Positions 21,614 through 32,465 of a DNA stretch of 64,000 nucleotides are shown one piece after another; the first letter of the stretch is position 1; the number at the start of each line of letters is the position of its first letter. The notes under the pieces were generated by a model, which was given only the letters and a program-made list of their open reading frames with translations, ran no database searches and was not told the DNA's origin. Source of the DNA: Nitrospirales bacterium (GTDB taxonomy: Bacteria; Nitrospirota; Nitrospiria; Nitrospirales; UBA8639). Both the position numbers and the translations under genes were made by a program. The stretch is taken from positions 608,001-672,000 of the forward strand of contig OY820905.2 of assembly GCA_963555755.3 (NCBI GenBank), written 5' to 3'.

Positions 21614-21775
21614 GGAGCCTGTCCGAGATTAGGGATCGTTACAAAGGAGTGCTGGTTTGAGTCAGATATTTCGATCGTTTGAGGCGAATAGTGGTACTAT
21701 TCAACGAAAAGGATCGGAAGATCTGGCAAAATCCAGCACACCCACCGTAGATCCGCCTAATCTTGGACCGGTTCC
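21614..21775. mobile_element. MITE family E, copy 1
   Basis: TIR ggagcctgtccgagattagg; inverted homolog at 42429-42718. Confidence 0.75.
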
Positions 21776-21901
21776 TAACATTGAAGACCACCCCAAAAAC
21801 GGTATAATGGGGGCCTGTGTTCATGAAGGTCAAAAGGTTGATCTTACACTGTAAGGAAATAACTCTCATGTTCCCCAAGACACAACCGTTTTCCCAATAT
21901 T

Positions 21902-22783
21902 ATGTCACAAGCTTTTGACGATCTTGTCGCACTGGTGGCTCGACTCAGAGCCCCTGATGGCTGCCCATGGGATAGGAAGCAAACGCATGACTCGCTCAAA
22001 CCCTATCTCATCGAAGAATCCTATGAAGTCTTAGAGGCTTTGGATCGAAATGATCCCCGTCAACTTCGTGAGGAGTTAGGCGATCTGCTTCTGCAAGTCG
22101 TGCTCCATACTGAACTTGAATCAGAACAAAACCATTTCACCATGCAAGATGTCATCACAACATTGAATGAGAAACTGGTCAGACGACACCCCCATGTTTT
22201 CACCAAAGAAACCGGACCGTCCTTGAATGCCGACCAAGTCATTACCCAGTGGGAAAAAATTAAGCAGTCTGAACGCTCAGAGCAGGGGCAAGAAGAGTCT
22301 ATTCTGGAAGGGGTCCCTGCCTCCCTCCCCGCTCTTTTACGCGCCTACCAAGTGCAAAAACGTGCCTCTCGTGTGGGCTTTGATTGGGAGCAACCCGAAC
22401 AAGTCGTTGAGAAACTTGATGAAGAGCTGCAAGAACTCCGAGAAGCGACCATCCATCACCAATCCAGAGCAGCCTCCTCTTCCCACGGACAGGATGTGTT
22501 GATTGCCTGGAAAGCTATTGAACAGGAATTTGGTGACGTGCTCTTCACCATTGCAAATTTGGCAAGATTTTTGAAAATCAATCCTGAAGAAGCCTTACGA
22601 AAATCCTGCAACCGATTTGTGACTCGCTTTGCTACGATGGAACAACAAGCAGCGGATGTGGGAAAGGAGCTACAACAACTCAACCCGGAAGAATGGGAAA
22701 CATTTTGGGAAGTCGCAAAAAAGCATGAACGGAGTACCCACAACCTCCCCTCAGCCTCTTCAGGACGGAGTGATCAGTCATGA
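21902..22783 (+). CDS. mazG: Nucleoside triphosphate pyrophosphohydrolase
   Basis: GCPWDRKQT, EELGDLL, KLVRRHPHVF, GFDW. Confidence 0.96.
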   Translation: MSQAFDDLVALVARLRAPDGCPWDRKQTHDSLKPYLIEESYEVLEALDRNDPRQLREELGDLLLQVVLHTELESEQNHFTMQDVITTLNEKLVRRHPHVFTKETGPSLNADQVITQWEKIKQSERSEQGQEESILEGVPASLPALLRAYQVQKRASRVGFDWEQPEQVVEKLDEELQELREATIHHQSRAASSSHGQDVLIAWKAIEQEFGDVLFTIANLARFLKINPEEALRKSCNRFVTRFATMEQQAADVGKELQQLNPEEWETFWEVAKKHERSTHNLPSASSGRSDQS

Positions 22784-23409
22784 GTGACTCTGAAAAACAA
22801 AACGGAAGACGTGTCGGCGTTCACCCCATGATTGTGGTCTTCGGCGTGATTTTTGGTCTGTGGGCTTTCACCCAAGCCATCATTCCAGAATCAAAAAAGA
22901 TTCAACCGCCCCAAGGCCATGAATCCCAATCCGTGCAAACCGCCTCCATTCTGGAAGAGGCACGCACCACAGCCGTCCCCATATTTAAAATGACGGCTGC
23001 CGTACCAACGATGAATGCCATCAGCGTACTTGTCCCTGAACAAACGACTGACAGCCAGGTCGCCGCGTTGGTGGCCTACCTGCGTGATGCCCGCACAGAT
23101 GGGACTCTCTCTTCCATCCTGTCTCCCACGACCCCGAATAACCACCTTGGTCCATTTTCCATTGCGAACATCTTTATTTTTTCTGATCGCCAATATGCCG
23201 TCGAAGAAGCCATTCAGATTTTATCCGTGGGTGCACATGCCCCGGGGGATATTTATGGGAAGGAGATTCCCTATGAAGTGGCCATGGAACATGTCCGTGG
23301 CCATTATATGGTGAACCTCAACAACAAAACCAAACAGGACCAAGGCACACTGGGTTTTGGGGAAGTCGCCACCGGGCTCTATTCGCGTCGGTATCTCCCC
23401 ATCTTTTAG
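22780..23409 (+). CDS. Hypothetical membrane-anchored protein
   Basis: 209-aa ORF overlapping the mazG stop; one N-terminal TM segment. Confidence 0.75.
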   Translation: MSDSEKQNGRRVGVHPMIVVFGVIFGLWAFTQAIIPESKKIQPPQGHESQSVQTASILEEARTTAVPIFKMTAAVPTMNAISVLVPEQTTDSQVAALVAYLRDARTDGTLSSILSPTTPNNHLGPFSIANIFIFSDRQYAVEEAIQILSVGAHAPGDIYGKEIPYEVAMEHVRGHYMVNLNNKTKQDQGTLGFGEVATGLYSRRYLPIF

Positions 23410-23531
23410 GGGGATGTTGAAAAAGGGCGTCAGCGGCGTTCTCGGCCCTTTGTCGTGCTCACGTACTGCTGTACGCTCCGCGCGCCAAAGCGCCTGCGGC
23501 CTTGCTGAGCGCACCTTTTTGAACATCCCCC
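23409..23531. mobile_element. MITE family A, copy 4
   Basis: TIR gggggatgttgaaaaag/ctttttgaacatccccc. Confidence 0.8.
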
Positions 23532-23611
23532 TTGCTTTGGTGGGAGGGCAATTTAAATAATTTCAATGCGAAGGAGGAAAGCCTGACAGAGCAATTTTGG
23601 TGAGGAATAAT

Positions 23612-24019
23612 TTACAAGCCCACGATCTTTTGAATTTCCTGCCGTAAACGCTCACGCTCTTCTTTCATCCAACTTTCCAGTTTGGGGAAAAGGTAGGCTA
23701 ATGATCCAGTAAACGGCTCAATCATCACATCCCGACGGTCAACAAACATATTCGCTTCATTCGCCAGTTCAAGTTTTCGGTCTCCAATAGCACGAGTGAG
23801 AATTTGATTGACTCGAAGTTGCTGACCCGCCGATCCACCGGAAATTTCTAAAATTTTACTTTTAAAGACATTCAGTTCTTCTTCCAGCGAGATTTTCACA
23901 CGGATCCCTTGTGGGGTGCCCCAGTTGGGGCGTTGAACCGAATAATCATAAGACATGGCAGGCTCCTGGGGTTCCCGGTACGGACCCATTACATTTAAAA
24001 TGGTGTAGGACTCAGCCAT
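23612..24019 (-). CDS. Hypothetical protein
   Basis: 135-aa ORF with aaagga RBS. Confidence 0.75.
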   Translation of the reverse strand: MAESYTILNVMGPYREPQEPAMSYDYSVQRPNWGTPQGIRVKISLEEELNVFKSKILEISGGSAGQQLRVNQILTRAIGDRKLELANEANMFVDRRDVMIEPFTGSLAYLFPKLESWMKEERERLRQEIQKIVGL

Positions 24020-24085
24020 CAGAATTCCTTTGGAGCCTGCCCAAGATTAGACAGATCTACTGCGGGTGCGGGAATGAGAAGAAAG

Positions 24086-24133
24086 TGGTCGGGGCGAGAG
24101 GATTGGAACCTTCGACCCCCGCGTCCCCAACGC
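24086..24133 (-). repeat. att site: duplicate of the tRNA-Pro 3' portion
   Basis: 48-bp direct repeat of 42321-42368 with 3 mismatches. Confidence 0.92.
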
Positions 24134-24488
24134 CAATTTATTTGCAACGGTAGCCAACACAATGCCACACCGTACCATGCAAACACCGCGCCTAGCAAGG
24201 TGTTTACCTGCTTCTTGTTGCTTGGCGTGGTTTTGCTGGGTATGGGCGAACCGTGACTTTTTTCGTATTTTTTGAGTTGGAACCGTCACTCTAACCGTTA
24301 CCGTAAAAACACTATACGTACCAGGGTAGAAATCTCAGGGAGGCAATGGGTCGGTTCGCTACCGACTCGGCGGTGTGTTTCCTGACCATCGTACGGAAAT
24401 TAACATTCGGGTCTTCTCCCAAGTGAGTGGGTAAATTGGGGCGAGTAATGTCCTGTTCCTTCAGATTGTATCCTCTAACCGTAATAAT

Positions 24489-25465
24489 GGTTCTGTCGCA
24501 AATACTCGACCGAGACGAAAAGCATGTGATGGTTGGCCTGCACTACGCGGCGAGGGCATAGAACATTTCAGCAGAAGTTTTCCTATCTCCCGCGAGGGTT
24601 TTCATCTGACCTTTCTTGATCATGGCCATAATTTCAATCCCAGCTCATGTCCGTTGGGCCGCGTGAAAGGTTTTGAAGCCCAGCACCGATCGCGTGAGCC
24701 TTTTGATGCATCGGTGGTCTTGCTCGATAATATTGTTCAGATATTTGCACTGACGGATTGTAATACGTGTGTGATGGTCTCGATTCAACTGTTTCAGGCC
24801 CGCTTGGTTCGCCCCACTCTGATCGATATTCACCAGACTCGGGTTGCCGTTTTCATTGATAGCGTTCTTCAAAAAGCGTAAGGCAACTTGCGTATCTCGT
24901 GTCGCGGTCAAGAGAAAATCGATGGTATGCCCTTGCGTATCGATGGCCCGATAATAATATTTCCATTGGTCCTTGACCTGAATGTAGGTGTCATCCATTC
25001 TCCACCGAGTGCCGATGCGCTTTTTTTTACGCCGAAAGGCGGCTTCCAGTTGTGGCGAATCATGAATGACCCAGCGATTGATGGTACTGTGGTCAACGGA
25101 GAATCCACGTTCTAGCATCAATTCTTCAATATCCCTGTAACTAAGGACCTGAGAGAAAATAACTTGAACAATTTCGCGCCACGATTTGGGTTGGATTTGG
25201 ACGGAACGATTGAGAAAAACCCGAGGCATAGCACAGCTATGTTGAGGGTTTTTCGACTGAGGCCCATTCCAAGATGGCCCGAAGATTGGATGCGAAATTG
25301 TTCAAGTTATTTTCTCTCAGGTCCTAAGGGATTACACGAGATACCAACGAACGCTTTGCAGATCATGTCTTGATGAAAATGCGTCTCTTGAAGGATATGG
25401 CTACCATGATGGTCTCCCCCTCAAATAGCTTCAGGTTAACACATCAAGCTATTTGCGACAGAACC
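24489..25465 (-). mobile_element. IS6-family element with pseudogenised transposase
   Basis: 16-bp TIR ggttctgtcgcaaata; LSYRDIEE, WRMDDTYI, NNIIEQDHR motifs; disrupted 5' frame and MITE insertion. Confidence 0.9.
25145..25324. mobile_element. MITE family C inserted in the IS6 transposase
   Basis: TIR ggacctgagagaaaataacttgaacaatttcgc, TAA duplicated on both sides. Confidence 0.88.
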
Positions 25466-25473
25466 CATGTCTG

Positions 25474-26520
25474 TTACATACCAATCGTGTGACGAAGTAT
25501 GGGGGTGCGGGCAATGAGTAGGCAGGCCACGGTGCTAATGGAAAATGTCAAGAAAACTTCGATCCCGATTCCTGCCAAGGCGAATTGATTGAATAGGCCT
25601 TTCGTATAGGGTTTGAGGAGAGTTAGGAATATCACATGAATGAGGTACACCCCAAACGTCATGGGGCCAAGAAAGGCAAACGTTTCCAAGAGGAAATGGT
25701 TTAATGAAGTGGTAAAGAAATATTGAAGTAACAAAAAAATAGAGAAGGATTGAATGATCACGGCAAGGTGGAAATGGTCATAAAATTTAAAAGTTCGGTA
25801 ATCTTCGATTCCCAATAGGGCAATTTGTTGGCCTGTTCCTATGATGATAACCACACTTGATAAAGCGAAGCAGAGGGTGGCTATCCAACATTGTCCACTT
25901 GACAACATTCTATGACGTAAAATGAATCCCCCAATAAAAAACCCTAGATAGGGGATAAATCTGGTGAAGGCATTTAACGGGAGAAATATCGTCATATAAT
26001 CGCCTGCTGCCAAAATAAATGCTCCGATGGCGAGGCCCCAAAGGACAAAATTTTTCTGATATTTGACAAAGATCCGTAAAAATGGAGTGACCAGATATAA
26101 CCCTAGGATAATAAATAGAAAGTAGAGATGGTTATACGTCAATCCATTTAAAAGAGCTTTTAGGATAAATTCTTTGTCAACTGGTTCTCCATAGAGATAA
26201 TCATTCCAAAAAAAATAAAACGAGACCCAAAAGATGAATGGAGCCAAAATTCTCTTGGCACGTTTTTTATAAAAAATACGCCAAGATTCTTGTTTGGCCG
26301 GATCCAGCAAAAGGGCGCCACTTAACATAATAAACATAGGCACTGCCCAACGGCTGAGAGAATCGATGCTGTTACATATCCACCAGTTTTCGAGGCTAAT
26401 AGCGTCATATTGGATGACACCCTGGGCTGAGGAGTGAAGCGCAATGATTGTAAGCATAGTCACGACTCGCATGCCATCGGCATAGGCGATATGTTTATAG
26501 GGGGTGGGTCGATCGTCCAC
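25474..26520 (-). CDS. Acyltransferase_3-family membrane O-acyltransferase (WecH-like)
   Basis: DGMR...H, AVPMFIMLSGALLL, HLYFL, FGVYLIH; multiple TM segments. Confidence 0.88.
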   Translation of the reverse strand: MDDRPTPYKHIAYADGMRVVTMLTIIALHSSAQGVIQYDAISLENWWICNSIDSLSRWAVPMFIMLSGALLLDPAKQESWRIFYKKRAKRILAPFIFWVSFYFFWNDYLYGEPVDKEFILKALLNGLTYNHLYFLFIILGLYLVTPFLRIFVKYQKNFVLWGLAIGAFILAAGDYMTIFLPLNAFTRFIPYLGFFIGGFILRHRMLSSGQCWIATLCFALSSVVIIIGTGQQIALLGIEDYRTFKFYDHFHLAVIIQSFSIFLLLQYFFTTSLNHFLLETFAFLGPMTFGVYLIHVIFLTLLKPYTKGLFNQFALAGIGIEVFLTFSISTVACLLIARTPILRHTIGM

Positions 26521-26799
26521 AGGAATGTTCTTTCTTTTTGTGCCGCAGAATCGTTACTTCATAATCAACGGTGTCTTTTTGCCGCGCAGTTGATTGAATT
26601 CCAAGAAATGCAAAGGATCAATGGTGGTAAGGATAAAATAGTGAATACCTCTTACGGCAGCAAGTATGGGATTTTTTCTGCTGATTTTTTTAATCTTCAT
26701 ATGATTTTCAACTTATCTGGGAAAACTCATAACGATAGAATGCTTGGACGCAAGCCATATAGGTCTGGCTCGTTTCTACCCGCCAACGTGTAGCAGCCC

Positions 26800-27554
26800 A
26801 TGCGCAAAACTATTGTATTTACCTTTCTGGGTCTCGGCTTCTTTTTGGGGCAGTAGAGGTGGTGTTGAATGCCTTGCGGTTGGGAGACGATGCACCATTT
26901 ACACTTGATGGAACTCTTATCTATCGTCCGATCCCCACCGCTCGATATGCCTATATCCAAATGCCAGAAAATGGCGGAGAGGTGATTTGGACGGAATTTG
27001 ATGCACGAGGTGATCGTGTGATGGATAGTGGTGACCCAGCTACGGCAGATACTGTGATTGGCGTCTATGGGACTCATTTATTCAGGGAAGTTTTGTACAC
27101 AGTGAAGAAACTTTTTCCTATTTCCTCTACCAGGACTTACCGCACAAAGTTCAATCTTCCGTTGCCACGGTAAATGCCGGGACCGATGGATGTTTGTACT
27201 TCTTATGATTGGCAAATTGATAAGGATAAATTCCCAGATTATGATCTGCGTACATTGACCAACCTGATGACTAAGATGGCTGAAAGACATGGGATTTTCT
27301 CCATAAACCTTTTTAAGGTCTTCCAAGGGGAACGTTGTCATGAGTTGTATTATCACCACGGAAATAATTACTGGACCCCTCTGGGTCAAAAGCTTGCCGC
27401 GACGATGGTGGCTGACCATCTTATTCAGGATGAGACCCTTCACCTATCGTCTGTTCCTCCGTACAATCCGACTGGCAAGTTGTGTTCCTTTTCTCCCCTT
27501 GAATTGAAAAAACTTCCTAATGGAATATCTCTTGGGATGGTATGGTCAACTTAA
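26800..27554 (+). pseudogene. Frameshifted, internally deleted paralog of 39321-40595
   Basis: LRLGDDAPF...QMPENGGEVIWTEFD and YDWQIDK...ELYYHHGNN match that protein; middle part missing. Confidence 0.88.
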
Positions 27555-27971
27555 CGATCGATGGGCAAATTGAACCAGCTAAGCCAAGCTGCTTATGCGC
27601 ACACCGCTGCCTCCCAGACCTGAAACGCCTGGGGGCGCAACAGTCGATAATGGACCGCCTGCATGAGGTGGCGGCCGAGACAAAAGAGATTCTGTGTGAG
27701 TCCGTGTAACGTCAAAAACCGTTGAGCGTGAGTTGCTGAAGAAAACCCTCGCAAGGGTAAACTTTCGGCACCATTGACGAACGGTTTCATAGGTGACGGT
27801 GATGCCACGTTCGGCCAGCAATTCTTCGACTTCACGGAAACTGAGGCAGAAACGATGGGACAACCAGACGGCGTGACTGATAATTTCAGAAGGAAAGCGA
27901 TGGCGTTGGTAGCTGGGTTTTTGGTTTTCATGCTGCCCAGTCTGCCAAAGGCGGGTTAAGTTGACAATACC
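27539..27971 (-). mobile_element. IS6-family remnant (internally deleted)
   Basis: 17-bp TIR ggtat(g/t)gtcaacttaac; YQRHRFPSEII, LSFREVEELLAERGI fragment. Confidence 0.85.
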
Positions 27972-28118
27972 CGCACGACATACCAGAACTGAAAACACGT
28001 CAGCCACCAGAATACATCGGCGCAAAGCCTGACCCCCGGCTACCCAACCAATCACGTCTTGATTGTTGATTAATTGTCCTCGAAAATATCACGTCCAGGT
28101 TGACCAAGACAGCCAGTG

Positions 28119-29594
28119 CTAACGGGATAATCGATCGAGCACATTTCGGGTAATCCTTTCAACGACCTGGTCTCCGCCACGTAAGCCACGGGCCCAATCT
28201 GTCGTAGCCGCTGTAAAAACATTCCCGCCGCCGCCGCTCGTATAGATACCCATGCAGGCATTACCCTCTTGGTCGGGGGCAAAGCGTTCATGCCATATCC
28301 ACAATCCGTCAGGCCAACTGGCCGGCGCGGTTGCAAGAATCTGGAATGATTCCGGCGTGCCATCCCTATGCGTAGGCACGGGCCGACCGTTCTTACTCTC
28401 GAAATCGCAGCCGTCGACTTCATAACCAACAATCGAGTCCGTCCCGCCGAATTCATCATCATTGTTCAGGCCGGTTCCTTCAAAAACCCAATGGTCGGCG
28501 CGGTGGACAGTAAAGGCACCGGATCCATCCATATATTGACCCTGACTGCGATGCATGCCTCCGTGCATCATCCCAACACCCGTCAGCGAGTTTTCCGGCC
28601 GGTTAACGAGGTGATGACTCCACAGTGTAGTCAGCAAGGGGTTTGGACCACCCGGATTGTACAAGGGGTCGTCCCGATACCACTTTTTCCAGGACACCAT
28701 GGCTTGACCGTCATCCACAAAACGTATCTGCCACGTCACGGAATTACCACTGAAGAACGCCGCATTGCCGCCTTTGGCGATAAAGGCCTCGAGATGGTCT
28801 CGCATTCCCTTCGACCAGTACTCGTCATGTCCTACGCTAAGAATCAGCTTGTAATGGTTCAGTAGTTCAGGGTGGAATTCCAGGTCTTCATTGGCCGCGT
28901 AATCGATCTTATAGCCCTGTTGTTCGGCCCAGATGATGAAGTGTGCTTCCCATTCATAGACACCACTTTTGATCGGCCGCAAAAACGAGACCCGGTGTCC
29001 TTGCCGGTTATTGGTGCTGTTAAAAGAATACAAGCTTTTGCCGCCCCATGACTCGTAGGCGTTCCACATATTGGTGGTAAGCGGCATGAGAATTGACGTT
29101 CTTTCCCCCGGTGAACCTGCACGCACGATAAAAAACGTTGTTTGACCGTCTATCCATTCGGCCGGTCGGGTTGGGTCGGTGCCGCCTAAAAATACTTCGT
29201 AATAGCCGCTGACCCAGTCTGGCGGGACTTTCAGTGACAGGCCTACCGGCCAGCCGGCTCCGCGGGCCGATGCGTCAGGAGGTTTGTCGTAAGAGCGGCC
29301 CGACTCAACGATCTTTTTGAAAATCGGCTGTTGGACAGATCCGAGTCGCCTAATGGTAATCGTATAGCGATCAAGCCTGGACGAAATATGAAAATCAATA
29401 CGGTTTCCCGGCGCGTAGCTCCTTTTGTTTGTATAACCCTGAATGAATGGGGAAGAGGCATCGACTCCGACAGCAACGTAAAGATGTAGCGCCGAGAAAA
29501 AGCAAATGAGGAGCCCCCCAAAACACCTCAATCGAATCCTGGGGTGTTCGAAACCTGTAATGGGTTTCTTCACCGGACTCGAGCGTTGCAGCAT
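28119..29594 (-). CDS. N,N-dimethylformamidase beta-subunit-like domain protein
   Basis: WNAYESWGGKSLY, SVGHDEYWS, FFSGN, VGYEVD; start moved to ATG 29594 to avoid overlap. Confidence 0.8.
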   Translation of the reverse strand: MLQRSSPVKKPITGFEHPRIRLRCFGGLLICFFSALHLYVAVGVDASSPFIQGYTNKRSYAPGNRIDFHISSRLDRYTITIRRLGSVQQPIFKKIVESGRSYDKPPDASARGAGWPVGLSLKVPPDWVSGYYEVFLGGTDPTRPAEWIDGQTTFFIVRAGSPGERTSILMPLTTNMWNAYESWGGKSLYSFNSTNNRQGHRVSFLRPIKSGVYEWEAHFIIWAEQQGYKIDYAANEDLEFHPELLNHYKLILSVGHDEYWSKGMRDHLEAFIAKGGNAAFFSGNSVTWQIRFVDDGQAMVSWKKWYRDDPLYNPGGPNPLLTTLWSHHLVNRPENSLTGVGMMHGGMHRSQGQYMDGSGAFTVHRADHWVFEGTGLNNDDEFGGTDSIVGYEVDGCDFESKNGRPVPTHRDGTPESFQILATAPASWPDGLWIWHERFAPDQEGNACMGIYTSGGGGNVFTAATTDWARGLRGGDQVVERITRNVLDRLSR

Positions 29595-29607
29595 AATTAC
29601 CCCACCC

Positions 29608-30828
29608 CTAACATTGATAATCTTGTAATACCTCTGCCAAATATTCACCAATGAGACGATGGGCTCTCGCATTCGGATGTGGATCATCCGGCGAGAGGAT
29701 GAACGCTTCTCGGTTCGTTTGAATATTCGGAATTATCTGAGATACCCGAATGACTTGGAATTGACCTTGATCCAGTTGCTGGACGATTTGGTTTGCAAGA
29801 GTATATCCACTGCCCTTGTCCCAAAAAAGAACCAGAAATTGGGCGCCGTAGGTGTTTTCTAACTCGGATTTGGCCCGAGCCAGAATTTTTAGGTAAAGGG
29901 GAATGTCTTTCGAATCAAGCAACGTTGAATGAAGGAGGTGCGTCCGAATAAACTTATACAGTAAACTATCCTTTAAATAGCCAAGAAAGTATCTAAAGAC
30001 GGTGCCGTGGAAAGGCCCATTATACTCCACTCTACCTTCCTGATTCATGGTATAACGCGGGCCATAGAAATCCCAGGAAGTTTTCCCGGCCACTCTATCA
30101 ACATGGGCTGGAATCCCCTGATAAATCACCACCTGGAACGGGCCATCAACAAGGTCAGCCATCCGGCCCGTTTCTATCATCCGTAACATTTGATGGGGAC
30201 CATATCCGTGAAATCCCAAATTGTGGGCCCGAAATTTTCCCCCACCAGCGTCCTGGAAATAATAGGGCATGGTCTCAGTATCCCCAAGCCCTTCACCAAA
30301 TGTAATAGAGCCACCTGAAAAGACGACATTGCACAATCTGCCATTTTTTCTAAAGGGCGTTTCCCGAATGCCCTTTGAATTAATCGTATATTGGACCTGA
30401 TATAGCAACCGGTCCGCAAAGTGTTCCTGTACTGTAAATTTCCCTGTATTGGGTCCGTACCCCAACTCAGAATCATAATGGAAATACCAGAAAGGATAAT
30501 CTACTCTAACTTGATCTTCGACCTGATTGTAAATAACTAGGGAAACCTCCAGCAGCATCAGACACGCAAATAGGCTCATGAAGGAGAGAGCCAGATTTTT
30601 CGCCATCGGTTTCCTGAACCACATACAAAGCCAGCCGGACCAGATTGCACCCATCAAAAAAACCAGAGGGAAAGACCACCGTGTTTCCAAAAAATACAAC
30701 AAGGTGAAACAAAAAAGAGGGAGCACGACTAAGGACCAGAACCGAACGGCTGGTAAGGATTGAACAGGAGTCATTTCAGGGAATGGGAATCTTTGTGAGT
30801 AATAGAAAGAGCTGATCAGACTACACAA
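29608..30828 (-). CDS. Membrane-anchored SGNH/GDSL-like protein
   Basis: GGSITFGEG, NLGFHGYGPHQ, DPHPN; start uncertain. Confidence 0.8.
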   Translation of the reverse strand: MCSLISSFYYSQRFPFPEMTPVQSLPAVRFWSLVVLPLFCFTLLYFLETRWSFPLVFLMGAIWSGWLCMWFRKPMAKNLALSFMSLFACLMLLEVSLVIYNQVEDQVRVDYPFWYFHYDSELGYGPNTGKFTVQEHFADRLLYQVQYTINSKGIRETPFRKNGRLCNVVFSGGSITFGEGLGDTETMPYYFQDAGGGKFRAHNLGFHGYGPHQMLRMIETGRMADLVDGPFQVVIYQGIPAHVDRVAGKTSWDFYGPRYTMNQEGRVEYNGPFHGTVFRYFLGYLKDSLLYKFIRTHLLHSTLLDSKDIPLYLKILARAKSELENTYGAQFLVLFWDKGSGYTLANQIVQQLDQGQFQVIRVSQIIPNIQTNREAFILSPDDPHPNARAHRLIGEYLAEVLQDYQC

Positions 30829-31135
30829 TAACAGGTTTTAAGAAAAGGGAAGGCCAAAAAATTGTTTCTCAGAACTTATAACTCGGCACTATCCCTTTCT
30901 ACCTAAATGGAATGCCAGAATATTAAACCTAGAAACGGCAGTTGGGCACAAAAAAGACGTGTAAGATATTGGTGTGCATGGTGAAATAAAAAAAGTCGTG
31001 GTCACCTTTGTGGTGATGAGACATTTTTTTATTTTGCCAGGTGCGCCAAGAGCTTGCGCGGACTTTTGTGATCCAACTGCTGTTTCTAGGTTAAAGGCTG
31101 AAATACTAAAAGGCCCCCTCTCCTCCTTCTCATAG

Positions 31136-31175
31136 GCTGAACAAGACAACCAATAGGGTGCTCAGTCTGGAATCC
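31136..31175. repeat. 40-bp direct repeat, copy 1 (copy 2 at 32913-32952)
   Basis: Identical gctgaacaagacaaccaatagggtgctcagtctggaatcc. Confidence 0.9.
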
Positions 31176-31277
31176 GAGTGTGTGCTGAAAATCAAGGGAG
31201 GCATTGACCGGACTGTTTAACCGCTGCTCCGTTCATCATATTCACAGTGTCTCCCACCTTATGGCAAGTCGGTGAAT

Positions 31278-32465
31278 TCACATAAGTATGTTATTTACCA
31301 CGAAGTCCGCAATTATCTTATTAGCCATAGCATTGGGATGCCGGTCTTGGAGGTGCAATATGTATATTGATTCCTCTTCCTTTAAACGCGGTAATATATC
31401 GCTAATTTTGTGAAGCCTTAAGCTGCTCTCTTTTAGGCCTACAAGAACTTTTTTATAATGTTCATCCATTGTCTCATTCCACAGGAGCACATGAAATTCG
31501 CTCCCGGGGTACCTGGTTTCAAAAATCTTCCGAGCCTTGTCCACTATGCCAACAAACAAATTGATGTCATCTGCATTGATAGGCCTTTGGCTGCCCAGTA
31601 TTTTTTCGTAAACCAATGATTTTTGTAAGTATTCGGACAAGCCTGGCGGAATCAATCTGTTTTGGTCAAAAGACCCCACATAGTGGACCTGTCCATCCTT
31701 CCCGAGAATGTATTTCGGTCCATGTTGATCCCAACTCGCCAAACCGGCAGAGCGAGAAACATGGGAAACTAACGCTTGAAATATAGCGTATTGGGGAACG
31801 CATTCTACAATACCCTCCACAAGACCATGCTCCAGGGCGGAGAGCATCTGGTGCGGGCCGTACCCATGGAATCCAAAATTATAAACACGATAGATTCCAT
31901 GGGTTTTCCTACTTACCTGGTAGGGCATTGTCTGATCATCATTTACCCCTTCTCCAAAGGTAAATGAACCGCCGAAAAAGAGAAGGCATTTTTTACTCTC
32001 TTGTTCTTTAAGGGGAGATGATATTCGTAAGCCGTTGGGATCAATGGTATAAACAACGTCATAAACTAACTCATCCTCGTGATATAACTTCGAAGCTCCA
32101 ACATGGTTCTTGGTGGGGGAGTATCCGAGGATATCATTTTCTTTTTTATCAAAATAGCCTCTTGTATAAGTGCTTTCATACCGGGATTGTGGGGGCGGTT
32201 CTGCGCGGATCCAAAAAAAAGCTTCAAAAATACCTAGCGCAAAAAAGATCGCACAAAGATTTATCCACACAATTTTCCAAGAATCTTTAGAACTTACTTT
32301 TATAGCTGAGATACAGACAAATACCCAGGACAAGGCGGCCCAAAAAAAAGGCACCGGAAGGAAATTTAAGGATAGAAGAGGGACAATAACACCAAAAATT
32401 ACAAAAGCTGCGGAAACAGAGTATAGGTATTTCTTCTTTGATTTCAATTCAAGACCCGAATACAA
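31278..32465 (-). CDS. Membrane-anchored SGNH/GDSL-like protein (paralog of 29608-30828)
   Basis: GGSFTFGEG, NFGFHGYGPHQ, DRHPN; start uncertain. Confidence 0.8.
   Translation of the reverse strand: MYSGLELKSKKKYLYSVSAAFVIFGVIVPLLSLNFLPVPFFWAALSWVFVCISAIKVSSKDSWKIVWINLCAIFFALGIFEAFFWIRAEPPPQSRYESTYTRGYFDKKENDILGYSPTKNHVGASKLYHEDELVYDVVYTIDPNGLRISSPLKEQESKKCLLFFGGSFTFGEGVNDDQTMPYQVSRKTHGIYRVYNFGFHGYGPHQMLSALEHGLVEGIVECVPQYAIFQALVSHVSRSAGLASWDQHGPKYILGKDGQVHYVGSFDQNRLIPPGLSEYLQKSLVYEKILGSQRPINADDINLFVGIVDKARKIFETRYPGSEFHVLLWNETMDEHYKKVLVGLKESSLRLHKISDILPRLKEEESIYILHLQDRHPNAMANKIIADFVVNNILM

Noticed and set aside
24086..24133. Second tRNA-Pro gene
   Set aside because: Only the 3' part is present and the anticodon region is mutated; it is the att duplicate
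24645..25229. Intact 194-aa IS6 transposase
   Set aside because: The ORF start comes from the inserted MITE, and the native gene is broken
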